Source: Amphiscolops sp. MND2022 (taxonomy: Eukaryota). Taken from it: a stretch of 64,000 nt of DNA. Below are positions 20,372 to 31,570 of this stretch, in pieces. Position 1 is the first letter of the stretch. Each line of letters opens with the position of its first letter. The stretch is taken from the NCBI GenBank assembly GCA_964187785.1, contig OZ076420.1, forward strand, positions 43,586,001 through 43,650,000. The letters run 5' to 3'. The notes below the pieces were generated by a model that ran no database searches, was not told the DNA's origin, and saw nothing but the letters and a program-made list of their open reading frames with translations. The translations under genes and the position numbers were made by a program.

Positions 20372-22071
20372 GACTCATCATTAGAAGATGAGGATTGGGA
20401 GCTTGATGATGTCGGCTTGGTCTGAGGTTTCTGAGCCTTTGAATTAGGCTTATTATCATTTGAGTCCTCGGGTCTAGTGCGTTTGGGTTTAAGATGTGCA
20501 CCGGCACCTTGCCAACATCTTTCATCCGGGTGGTTCTTTTTGCCACAAGTGCCACACTCCGGATATGTTTTCTTTTGAGTGGACTTGCCTTGTTGGGCGT
20601 CTTTTTCTTTTTTCTTTTTTAACTTTTCACAGTCCTTGACCATGTGGCCCTTTTCCTTGCAATAGTTGCAAGTGATGTCCGACCTTTGTCCAGTGGACAG
20701 AGGAGTTTTGGGCTTAGTTGATGAGGAAGTCATTGTTGCCATTGGTAGGTCGTCTGACTCCTCGAGAGCGTTAAGTTCCAATTCCCTCTCCAAATGAGCA
20801 ACTATTTCATCATATGAGCCATTTTCTAATCTGGCCATGTTGACGGACCGCTTCAGTTTTGGTGGCAGTTTTGCGTAAAACAAGCTGTCAATCATTTTCT
20901 GTGCATGATCACCAAACGCTTTCTCGGCTCCCTGGTTTAATTCTTCAAGAAAATCAGGCAGCTTCAACGTATTGGGATCGAAGACCAGACGGTGCCATTT
21001 ATGTTTGGCAGTCGCCTGTGACTCGGGCTTGACGTATTTCCGTCTAAAGATGACTAATACGTCCTCTAGAGTTTGTCGGTTACTTGAGTTGATGTTTTTG
21101 AATGTCTGAAGGGCATTCTTCCTCAATAAAGAGTGGAAGTGATTGATCTTCATTTGCTCAGTCATTTCTGGCTGCATCTTGATCATAGTGTGAAATAGGT
21201 CTTCGAACAGCTCGAATTTTTCACTTTTGCCATCGAATGTCATGGTATTTGAGTTGACTGGGCGTATTGTGAGTTGCTGGGCTGTCGGTCTATTCTGCAT
21301 CGTAGTCAAGACGTCTGCCAGTCGAGTGATGGGGTCGGAGTCAATAGCCGTAGCGATTCTCTCTTGTGCCGGGATCGTCGTGTCGAGGTTGATGTCCTCA
21401 AAGGACCTGTCAAGATGATTTCTGGATGAGATTCGTCCTGTTAGAAACTCAGGAACTTGATTTGGAGATTCGTTGTCTCCTGTCACCATGTCATGAACAT
21501 TTAAGTTAGGGAAATCATTGTTCAATGGATTCTCATCCTGTTCATTTCTTAAGCTACTCTTTGCGTTAAGATTTCGCTGAACTTCGGAATTTAGTTCCGG
21601 TCTCTCGGACGGAACGTCCCATCCCCTTTTGGTCCCATGTCCTGATCCGGCCATAATGGCGTTTTGGATTTGTGGAAGCACTTGAGTACTTATCGCATCG
21701 CTTATGGCTCTTTGTATTTGGCCACTCACAGAGTTCATCATCTCGTCCATCTCACGCGAAAGGCGGGAGTTTAATTCGCTGGACAATTTATTTATTTCAG
21801 CGATAGAATTTCCTGTGACAGAATTGCGGTCACATTCGGCATTCATCCTAGGGTCAAAATTTCCCCGGGATCTACCTATGTTTCCGTCCTCATTTTCGAA
21901 CTCATTACTTGCAAAACTCCTAGATCTTCTAGGTAGGTTACTATTCAAGCTGCCTTCTTCTCTAGTATCAAAATGGTTCCCTCCTAACATGATATCTAGA
22001 TTTTTAATATCAGATAACATTTCAAGTCCTCTTGACTTCCTCGCTTTCTTTTGCTTTCTAGTGGTGGGCAT
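20362..22071 (-). CDS. gag: Gag protein, 569 aa, with two CCHC zinc knuckles
   Basis: CNYCKEKGHMVKDC and CGTCGKKNHPDERC. Retrotransposon-gag-like core (FDGKSEKFELFE...). Lies upstream of pol. The first 583 nt are inside the 5' LTR. Confidence 0.95.
   Translation of the reverse strand: MPTTRKQKKARKSRGLEMLSDIKNLDIMLGGNHFDTREEGSLNSNLPRRSRSFASNEFENEDGNIGRSRGNFDPRMNAECDRNSVTGNSIAEINKLSSELNSRLSREMDEMMNSVSGQIQRAISDAISTQVLPQIQNAIMAGSGHGTKRGWDVPSERPELNSEVQRNLNAKSSLRNEQDENPLNNDFPNLNVHDMVTGDNESPNQVPEFLTGRISSRNHLDRSFEDINLDTTIPAQERIATAIDSDPITRLADVLTTMQNRPTAQQLTIRPVNSNTMTFDGKSEKFELFEDLFHTMIKMQPEMTEQMKINHFHSLLRKNALQTFKNINSSNRQTLEDVLVIFRRKYVKPESQATAKHKWHRLVFDPNTLKLPDFLEELNQGAEKAFGDHAQKMIDSLFYAKLPPKLKRSVNMARLENGSYDEIVAHLERELELNALEESDDLPMATMTSSSTKPKTPLSTGQRSDITCNYCKEKGHMVKDCEKLKKKKEKDAQQGKSTQKKTYPECGTCGKKNHPDERCWQGAGAHLKPKRTRPEDSNDNKPNSKAQKPQTKPTSSSSQSSSSNDESKN
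20365..20371 (-). other. -1 ribosomal frameshift slippery heptamer A AAA AAC
   Basis: Fits X XXY YYZ and directly precedes the gag TAA. The -1 frame has a TGA just upstream and is open from here into pol (KKLTSPRLQYSELISVRQY...). Confidence 0.85.
21472..21488 (-). other. Candidate primer-binding site TGGTGACAGGAG... abutting the 5' LTR, inside gag coding sequence
   Basis: TGG follows the LTR end ...CATGACA immediately and encodes gag MVTGD. The priming tRNA is not identified (TGGTGAC matches a Trp-type PBS for only 7 nt). Confidence 0.6.
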
Positions 22072-23399
22072 TGAAATAGTTCCGAATCAATAATAAATTA
22101 GTCAATACGGAAATAACAGCGAAGCCGTTTAGAGATCAATCTTTTCTCGAGTAGTTCAATATGAAAATGTGTCCCACTCAGGCTAAACACCGGTATTTAT
22201 ACCCCTGAGTGGGTGACACTCACATATTTTACATATATTCATCCAAGATTGACATTGTAAGGTATGTAATGCACTTGATTTTTACATATCTCTGGTATTT
22301 AACAGGTATGGTTTTGAAAGGTATCTGCACCATAAGAACTTCAGTTTACATATTTCCTATATCATCGGAAATCATCAATCACATATTTCTGTGAAATCCT
22401 GGTTGGGAGAATTCCTAATATGTTTATCTCCCGGAATGCAACATCAAACAGTCAACATAATGGTAAATACCATTAAAAGTACTTCAAAGAACATATCTAT
22501 GCTACATATTATTATTGCAATGTCAACAAATGTTAAGCTTGTTGATGGAATGCGAGACTCGTAGCAGTGGCATGCAGTGTTAGCACGTGCCACCACGTGG
22601 CTATAGGTCAACGTAGGGGGAAGCACATTCAAATAATACATGCCCAATCTATTTAAATATCATCGCATCACTAAAGTAGGGTATTTCCTAAAAGGGCCGA
22701 AATTGGCCAAATCCTGATTAATAGCACAATACTAAGGGGAGTAATGGTAAAAGGCCTTATCCGGCCTTTGATCAGCGCTCGGTTCGTTTGGCTTGTTGAA
22801 GGGTACATTGGTATTATTTTAATTTTAAAGCACTTCTAGGATAGTCCCCAAGTGAAATGGTTAATTATGAGTACAAATAATTCAGCATCATTCGTTACGT
22901 CAAGACGGCCTAAACCGGCCATTTGACCAAGGCATAAAACAATTCGTGGACATTAAGTTAATTGGCCGTATCCGGCCACTACCACATCAAAGTCATATTA
23001 CACTCGTGAATTGAAGCGCTGTGATTGGCTAGAAAGGTGAGCTCAAGTGACGTTTTTGGATTATCGCTGAACGTCACTTGAACTCGTTTCCTATACCGTT
23101 TTACAGTTGCTTCTATTAGTACTGCTTTTGATTCAACGATTTACATTTCAACTGCACACTGTTACAAAGTAGCCTAATTTGGATATTTCCAAATTGTACA
23201 ATTTTAACAGACTAATATTACCTTCATCTAAATACAAAACTATTACATGAATACGTAAAATAACAACTAACGTTGAATAAGGACAAGTTTCTAAAGTTCA
23301 TAGCCTGTATTCAGTATATTGGTAGTGTTCTTGGTGTCGGGTTTTGTTTCTCTGCCGATGTAGTGTAATTATTACCGTCACAGGCGGCAGCCTGCGACA
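21489..23399 (-). repeat. 5' LTR of the Gypsy element
   Basis: Direct repeat of 7153-9063, followed on the minus strand by the TGG PBS. TATAAATA at 22194-22201, 123 bp upstream of the gag ATG. Confidence 0.97.
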
Positions 23400-24559
23400 C
23401 TTATATCTCGATTTTAGTCCCAATTTCGAACATAACTTTCCTTATTTTTAATACAAGTTAACTAAACATTCTTAATAAATACAGGCATGGAAGTAACTTA
23501 TTGGCAAGCACGTCTCGATAACTTTGTCAAAAGAAAGCCAAACGCCGAAAAAATTATATCAGATTTTCTTATTCGGCGTCCATACCAACGGAAATGAGGA
23601 AAAAACGCGATTGTTTCTTTACCGAATATAGTTCTTGTTCCTTAATTAACTGATACAAAAACGACCTAAATTCTTTAACTGCATTGAGAAAACCCCTTGG
23701 ACGCAGTTTCAAACTTTTTTCGCAGATTTTCATGTTCTATGAAATTGAAAAACTAGTTAACCCGTACAAATGAAGTAGGGGTGGTGGGGGATTATCCATC
23801 ACCGTGCTAACTCCTAATTTGTAACTCCTAACCCAATTAAACTTGCCAGCGATAGATGCATTAAAAATATCCGCTCGATTTGTGATATCTTAACTGCAAG
23901 ATTGCGGAAACTTGTTGAATCCAAAAGTATCTTCTTACGTCAGAACTTTTCTTGTTCCAAGAGAATGGCAGAGAGGATGATGCTGGAATACTCCATCTCA
24001 GTTTTCTTAATGAAAACGATTGTAAGAATGAAAGGCAGCCTGTCCTTAGTGATCTAAATCATCATTAGACAAATTCGTTTTAATTATTTGACACATCACC
24101 GAAAGATTCGAAGTCTCAGCAATTTAGGTCAAGATCTTGTTTAAAGATGAAAAAAAAAGTTGACGATTCAGATTTTATATAGAAAGAGCAGTTAGTTTCA
24201 TGATTCTAGACAAAAATGTTTCAAGCAATACGAATGTTACTTCTTAGCATAAAAAACTGTGAATGATAGAAACCGTACCACCCAGATAAAAGTATGGAAG
24301 GGAAAGAAAAGGAAAGGAAAGGAAATTTTAATTGGCTGGATACTTGAAAAAATACATTTTTATCTTAATTTTGGGGGAAAAATGAATTTACATTCAGCCA
24401 GGAGAGGGGTTGAGCTGAAGCAGCTCTTCTAGCTTCTCCCCTTATTATAAATAACATAAAGAGAAATGTTGCAAAACAAATGAAGTGTCAAATTAATGTT
24501 TATCTTTCGGAATGGAAAACGGAATCTTTTTCAGTAATCAGAAAAGAGTCTCATAGGCA

Positions 24560-25393
24560 ACTTCCTTTTACTTATAGATCTGATTTTGTCTTCAAAGATC
24601 TGATTTCGATAAGTCAACCGGTATTAAATCATCTTCTTTCAACAAATTATAGGCTTTTCGCGATCTGTTGTTCACTGATTTGACTCTGCTTACTGTTCGA
24701 CAATAAGTCAAGGGTAGTAAACCTTATTCTTTTCGTCTCTTATTATATTGGCAAAGACCGATTGTATCTTGAAAATTTAGAAATGGATTCTGATTTCAGC
24801 TGTTTGAATCCTTCTAGGAAAACGTCCGCATAATATAGCTCAAATGCCGTTAGTATATTATTTTTCTCGAAAGTTTGTCCAACACTTTGATGTTTATTTA
24901 TGGAGAAAGTCGCTCTCAAAATTCTTCTCTGAGCACTTTCAATTTTTTGCATCACTATCATATGTGATGACTGATTTAGCAACCGAGCTAATGAGCAAAA
25001 AACAAAAAGATATAAAAGTTCAGTTAACAAGCGATAAATGGCTAAAACAGATTAAACTGGCTTAAGTCTCAGTCTCAAACTTAGAGACGGTCCTGTTTTG
25101 TCAACATTTGAGAATTGTGGCTCGCATGTTATGATCACAAAATCCAGTTATCATACAGTCCACCTTTTAGACATTTGCAAGAGAAGTTTAGAAGTGCTAT
25201 GTCTCTGGAAATGTTCAACGAGACAATGGAGACTTTCAGGGAGTTTTCATATCTTTGAGAGTGGCTGAAGAAACTTTAGAATTCGAGGACGGAGAGATTT
25301 TCCCAGGAATCCAACTCTATCAGAAACGTTTATGTTCGGTGAATAAAGTTTTTTGGTTGAGGTCCATAATTCAGCAGCATTTCAAATCTCAAT

Positions 25394-25438
<45 letters not shown>

Positions 25439-26800
25439 GCAACGAAAATGCCTCTTTTCAACTCATCGCTCCCAGATTAGACTCTTACATTTTCTATTGC
25501 GAAGCGCAAGTAGGTGTGTGAGGTGTTCAAGACGGTAATGTTTGGTTAGAAAAACTACGATTGACTTCAGTTTGAATAGTTAAAATTTTGTCAATATGAA
25601 AACCCTCAAGTTTGACGGAATTGGATGGTTTGGCCTCTGACATCAATGGTTTGAACCGCTTCAATAGTTTAGCCTGTGACATCAATTTTAAATTTTCATC
25701 ATTCAGTTTTTGTGAGGTTAACAGAAAGCAACCAGTTCGGTTGTGAAGTCATTAATAGTGAGAAGTTGAGAAGAATCATGGAGTCATCAGCGTATTGCAC
25801 AATTTTGCATGAAATCTCAATGATTTCAATTATGTTGTTGGAGTAGATGTTGGAGAAAAGAAGCCCTAGAAATGTTCCCTGTGGAACACCTGGATGAAAT
25901 TGATTCCAGTGAGATTTACAAGTCGACAACGTTTTGAATGCGGTTGCTGAGGTACGTTTTGATCACAGATATTGCTTTACTGGTGAAGTTAAGTTCTTAC
26001 CAATTTCGTAGTATAATTTCGTTTGGTTTTGAATCAATAGTTAGATAGTTATATTAAGTCATCAGTTTTATTTTCGTTTCCATAAATATCTGTCGGAATC
26101 GTCCAGTTGCAGAGAGTAGTGCACCTGTTGCAGAACAGTTACTTTCGAACCCAAATTGCAAAGAACTAGTCAACGCATATTCGTCTATATAATTGACCGT
26201 TTGTTTCTGCAGTTAATTTCCAAAGACTTTTGCAAAAGCATGAGTAATGGATATAGGTCGGTAGTTGGAAGGTCCTCATGTGTCATCCTTTTTGAAAATT
26301 CTTACAACAAAAGCCTGTTTAAAGTGTGTTAGAGAAGTATCCTCACTGCTGTAGGACTTAATAGCGAAAATACGTTCATGGAATCTTTCAAAAGCAAAGC
26401 AGTTTGAAAACTATTTTGTAATGTCATTGTCAGGAGGATGGCCAATAATATATTCAATCAATGATTTTGAGGTTGTGTTAAACCCAGTGGGCGTAGAGAA
26501 CTTCAGTGTGTGCAAGCAATACGATATTGTGGTAGTAACCGAACATTTGGTTTTCGTTTTCGAACAGATACTCCCATTTATAATCATTCATCAAGGTGAT
26601 GGGTTTATTTTCAAGATAGCAAAATCTATACTTATTTATTATATTCAAGGAACGGCATGTTCAATTTCCTTTTGATTTTCGTCCCACGGTAATTAACAGT
26701 TCCTTTTGTGTTAATGTGATCGTTGCTCAATTTTTGGAATAAGTTGTTCTAATTTAAGTAACATTGTTCAGCCATAGTTGCAACGTTTTTCCGCCATCGT
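24560..26800 (-). mobile_element. Degenerate non-LTR (LINE, CR1/L2/Jockey-like) RT fragments
   Basis: GVPQGTFLGLLF...IVQYADD (25699-25929). YRPISITHAFAKVF-like (about 26230-26290). MQKIESAQRRILR (about 24900). Many stops; boundaries approximate. Confidence 0.7.
25395..25434. repeat. (CT)20 microsatellite
   Basis: Directly visible. Confidence 0.98.
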
Positions 26801-28539
26801 TGTAAGGCGGGTTCGATTACGTAACGTCAAATTACAATCGAAAGATGTTGCTAACACAGGTGCTTTGAGAGTTCGGTTCTAACCTTTCACTCCAATTTCT
26901 GAAACGTCTATGTCTGAATGTTTTTGTCATAAAGTTTTACCGTCTCAGTGCATTAAAATGATTGGAAATTTTTACTGAAAAGTACGAAAGTCCGCAACAG
27001 CTTAGGTGTTGCAACTACGAAAAAGCAAAAGCGGTAAATGTGTTTGTAGTCAGTTAGTTTATATTTGTAGCCGACCATCCACTTTTAAACGTTCTGTTTT
27101 TGTATCGTAATATATATTCACTTATTTCGAACATGTACCCCGAATTAGCGCCTTCTCAAAAAATTGTGACTCTTGTCTTGATTGTCAAAGGATTCCCATC
27201 TTTTCATTTCAGAAGAAATAAGGTTCATCGATGTCGATCAGTTGAAATTCCTCTTCATAGTATCTGGTTCTAAATTTCGATCTTTGATTGTATCCCAAAA
27301 CCAATGCGCTTTCTTTGGGACGTGGCTTCGATCACTATGGACTGATGTTACTACTCTCTCGGAGCAATGTTTATAAAGTGTCGATTGTTGTACTAGACTG
27401 TCCGGTTTCGACGTTTTCAATATTCCCGGTCTGGGAATAACATCCAATAGAACTGCCAGGTTCCGTGTTTGTATCAAGTCATCCATCTTTGCAGACAAGA
27501 TTGATAGTCTCCATTGATAATCTCAGGATTTTTCTCGGAATTACTTCTGCATCTTTGAGTTTGAAAATTTTATTTTCAGTCTGCAAAGTCTCTTTATGTC
27601 AGACTTCAGTCTTAAGGAACTCAATGTTTCTGGCTCCTCTGTTTCGCTTGCAGTCAACTTGTCCCTAGTATTCTCTTCTGGGTACTTTAAGGCATTGCAG
27701 AGCAAAACCAGGTGACTTTTCGAAGGATGTCAATTTAACGTCGGAAGATTTTTCAGATTCCAGGTTTTTGACGAGATTTTGTGAAAATTGAATCAACGAG
27801 TTCGTTTTACACAAAGTATGATCCCGCGCCATATACCAGGTATAATAACTTTGCACTAGACGCGCGTATAAAACACTGATAAATACGGTGCATTGAAAAC
27901 GATTTTGATCCATTTTCACAGATGATTACATTACCGATCCAAGCAATGCACTTTACAGATGGTACTCAGCCATGAACACGGATTAGACAAAAAGTTTACA
28001 TCGACAATTTAGGAAGCAAGACTGGTCTAAATAAGTAAAACTTCAGTCGTAAAGATTTTTCAACATTTTTGTGGATTACTGTCTAGTCTCTGGAGTCCAT
28101 TTTTCTATATCAGAATACAGAAAACTCAAGCTACCTGGCACTGATAAAACGGTCTTCCAACAAACATTTAAATTTGGTTTAGTTGCTTCGGCTTCGTATG
28201 AATCAAGAAGCAAATCAATGATATTCTGAGCAGCACTGTTGTATGATAAAAGGGGTAAAATAGCAATTGCTTCAGAACGAAATCGGTCATCACAAAATTC
28301 CACCAAAAGTTTTTTTTTGGAAACTTGAAACTCGAAAGTATGTCTTTGCTCAAATTTGAAACTAGCGGACCTTAACGATGCATACTTTCAAAACAATCGT
28401 TACTGTACGGTATCAGGTTTTAGCAACTCATCAGTATCGTCGAGTATCTTTCATTTTTGGAGAGGAGCTGCTATGAGTGGAACAAAACAGACTAACATTG
28501 TAATTCCATCAATCCTACTGTTTAGGCGTTAATGTGTAT

Positions 28540-28690
28540 CAATTCCCATTGATGTGAATCAATGTCCATCAATGTTCATCAATGTGCATCAATGTGCATC
28601 GATGTGCATCGATGTCCATCAATATCCATTGATGTCCATCAGTGTCCATTGACGTCCATCAATATGCATCAATGTGCATCAGTGTGTTAT
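28540..28690. repeat. 10-bp-period minisatellite (CATCAATGTG / CATCGATGTC)
   Basis: About 14 degenerate iterations visible. Confidence 0.85.
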
Positions 28691-29689
28691 GTTTATCCAT
28701 GTGCTATACCATCAGAGTGTCCTGAAAAATTTTTTCCAATTTTTCTTCCGGTGTTTGGGCTTTTAAAAAATGAAAATTCAAGGTTCCAGCACAAAATAAC
28801 CGAACGAACATTCTGTGAAACAGCACACACCTGTAGACTCAAAAATGGACTTCAATAAAAGATTTACAAGGTTCTGATAAAATAACATAGGTGATAATGC
28901 ACGATAAGTTATACGTCACAGAAATGCACAGATTAGCTTTCGGTACGGATTCCATCAAAAATTTTCAAACCGATTCAATTTTTCACATTGAATGTAGAAC
29001 TCACCTGTGGTTCGATCATGATCGAAATTTGCAAAAAAATCCCTTTAACGAAGCCATATGAATTACAGTTCATATCGAAAACATTTTTGAAATACCATCG
29101 TTGAAGTTTCATCTGGATATACAAAATCACAACAACTACAATGGTAATGTAGATACTTTGAACAATCATAGCTTCCCGGGTTGACCTCCATAGAAAAACC
29201 ACCTAGATCATGAACATTCATAGGACGTATATGGTGATATATGTAAAGAGTTGAACCATACAATGACAATACAGAAAAAAAGACAATCAAATCATGACCA
29301 TAGTAGGGTCATTTTACGAACTAAATAATCTCTACAAGATAAAATAAGGATAAGTAATCAATTAACGCTGACGTTAATGAATTTTTTGGCTGCTATTTGG
29401 TCAATGTACCTATGTCATTTGTACCAAAGTCATTACAAAATGTCATTTCTGATTGATCTCGAATGGTGTGCAATTATCCTTGGATGGGATATTTCTCTTA
29501 CAGCAGTGCCAATGAAAACTAGTCGACCTGTTTCGGAACATCTATATATTGAGCGGATGCAACGATCTCCAATTATCCGCTGTTGACACCGGAGATTATA
29601 TTACTGTGATAACCAAGTCTATCTTCATCGTATATAGCGGAAGGAGACTACTCTTATCAAGAGTGCCAAAAATATGTACGATCTTGTAG

Positions 29690-30210
29690 GATCTCGCCAA
29701 GATTTCAAGAGGAAAACTGACAAAAGTGAATGAAAACAATCAAAAACCGACACCAACTTCGGCTTGATCAGCGTGCTTATTATACAACTGCTGTTCGTGC
29801 TACCAACCAACCCAGTGTAAGATATCTTGAAACTCTTGCCAAGATCATGGATTTTCCCGCAAATTCCCGTTACCTCTTGAAAGCCTTAATAAGATCTTGT
29901 TTATTCTTGCTTGACACAAAACTCTTGAAATTCTTGAAAGGAATCTTGGTAAGAGAAAATAAATAAACTTGTAAAACAAACAACAATTTTGTTTACAAGT
30001 TCTTGCTGTTGTTCGCACTACCAGCTACACCATCATTCTTTGAAATATTGGATATAAGACAACACAAAGTATTGAAATTCAGAGCATGATAGTTTGGTTG
30101 GTAGCGCGAACAGCCGTGGTAGAATAGGTACGCTGATCAAGCCGAAGTTGGCGTGGGTTTTTGTTTGTTTTCATTCATTTTTGTTAGCTTTTCTCTTGAA
30201 ACTCTTGGCT
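29690..30210. repeat. Inverted pair of a dispersed repeat module
   Basis: CAACTTCGGCTTGATCAGCGT...GCTGTTCGTGCTACCAACCAA (about 29750-29815) mirrored at about 30090-30155. A partial third copy lies near 30005-30025. Confidence 0.6.
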
Positions 30211-31570
30211 AGATTCTTGGCATTTCTTACATTTTCCCGGATTTCTTGGCAAGATTCTTGGCGTTTCTTGGATTTTCTTGGATTTCTTGACAAGATTCTT
30301 GGTTTTTCTTGGAAGGTTTCTTGTACTAAAAACACTTTTCTGCGTTTTTTCAGTCGAAAGAATTAGGCATTTTTCTTGAAGTTCTTGGCAAGATCTTGCA
30401 AGATCGTACATATTCTTGGCGCTCTTGGTAAAAATCTTGTCAAGATTCTTATCAAGGGTTTCAGGAAATTGCAAGGTTCTTGACAAGAATTTCAAGATAT
30501 TTTACACTTGGAAGCTATCACGTTCTGAATTTCAATACTTTATGTTGTCCTGTATCCGATACTTCAATGAATGATAGTGTAGCTGGTACTGCGAACAATA
30601 GCAAAGTTAATATTTTTAACATGTTATTCAAATTTCTTGAATAAGACTCTTGATAACAGAAGATACCATTCTTGATAGGACTCTTACTTACTAAGATTTC
30701 TATCAAGAGTTGCAAGAGTTTTGTGTCAAGCGAGAATAAACTAGGTCTTATCAAGGTTTTCAAGAGTAAACGGGAATATGTAGGAACATCCAAGATCTTG
30801 GCAAGATCTTGGAATGATTGTTTGAACTAAATGTTAGGTCAACCCAGGTTTTTTGACATGAAAAAATTATAACTACAACGAGCACTTTGTTTCATAACTA
30901 TATAATACACTTAAATTGAACGGATAAGTTGAATATAATATGAAGGTAGAGGGGTTTGGGTCATTGTTATAAAAGTATCTACTACGATATTGATATTTTT
31001 CATATTTGCACAAAAATATAAATCAATCTATTGATAACATCAATTTTAGGTCAAGGTGATCAAAATATTTCTGGAGTGGCTTGGAATATTAATATAAAAT
31101 TAAAATATGCAATAGTAGATGATTAATTTATCCCGAACTTCAATACATTTACACCAAATATTGTTTCGGACTCCTGGGCTCAAACTCTACTCATTTTTTC
31201 AATCTATCTCCGGATATTCCATGGCATAGTAAATGATTACATAGAACCATGGTTATATAACCAGGGTTAAAACCATTCACCAGTAAGACTGACCGTTTTA
31301 GCGTGTCAATAGGCGTGTTTTAGAGATCATACAGTCTCTGAAGAGTGGCTTTTCTATAAGGTTTTCGACCAAACGGCCTCTATTCATTAAATATCAAAAA
31401 CTAATTGGCACTGTTTAATGAAACATGAATAAAAATAGAATGAGATCGGATTTGTTTTTTTCTCACGCTGAAGAAGTTTACTCCTGTAGGATGTGGGGAG
31501 AAGAGAGAAAGGGGGTGTTGTTGGATGTCGATTTGGGGGTAGGATGTGGAGGGGGTGTTTTGTTTGGTGG

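Larger units (their letters stand above)
7153..23399 (-). mobile_element. Full-length Ty3/Gypsy LTR retrotransposon (16,247 bp) carrying two extra genes
   Basis: Two 1,911-bp direct repeats with TG..CA ends. 5-bp TSD CTTAT at 7148-7152 and 23400-23404. gag, then pol in PR-RT-RH-IN order, all uninterrupted. Confidence 0.97.

Noticed and set aside
28562-28858. 98-aa ORF or CRISPR-like array
   Set aside because: It is a 10-bp minisatellite with no unique spacers, in a eukaryotic context.
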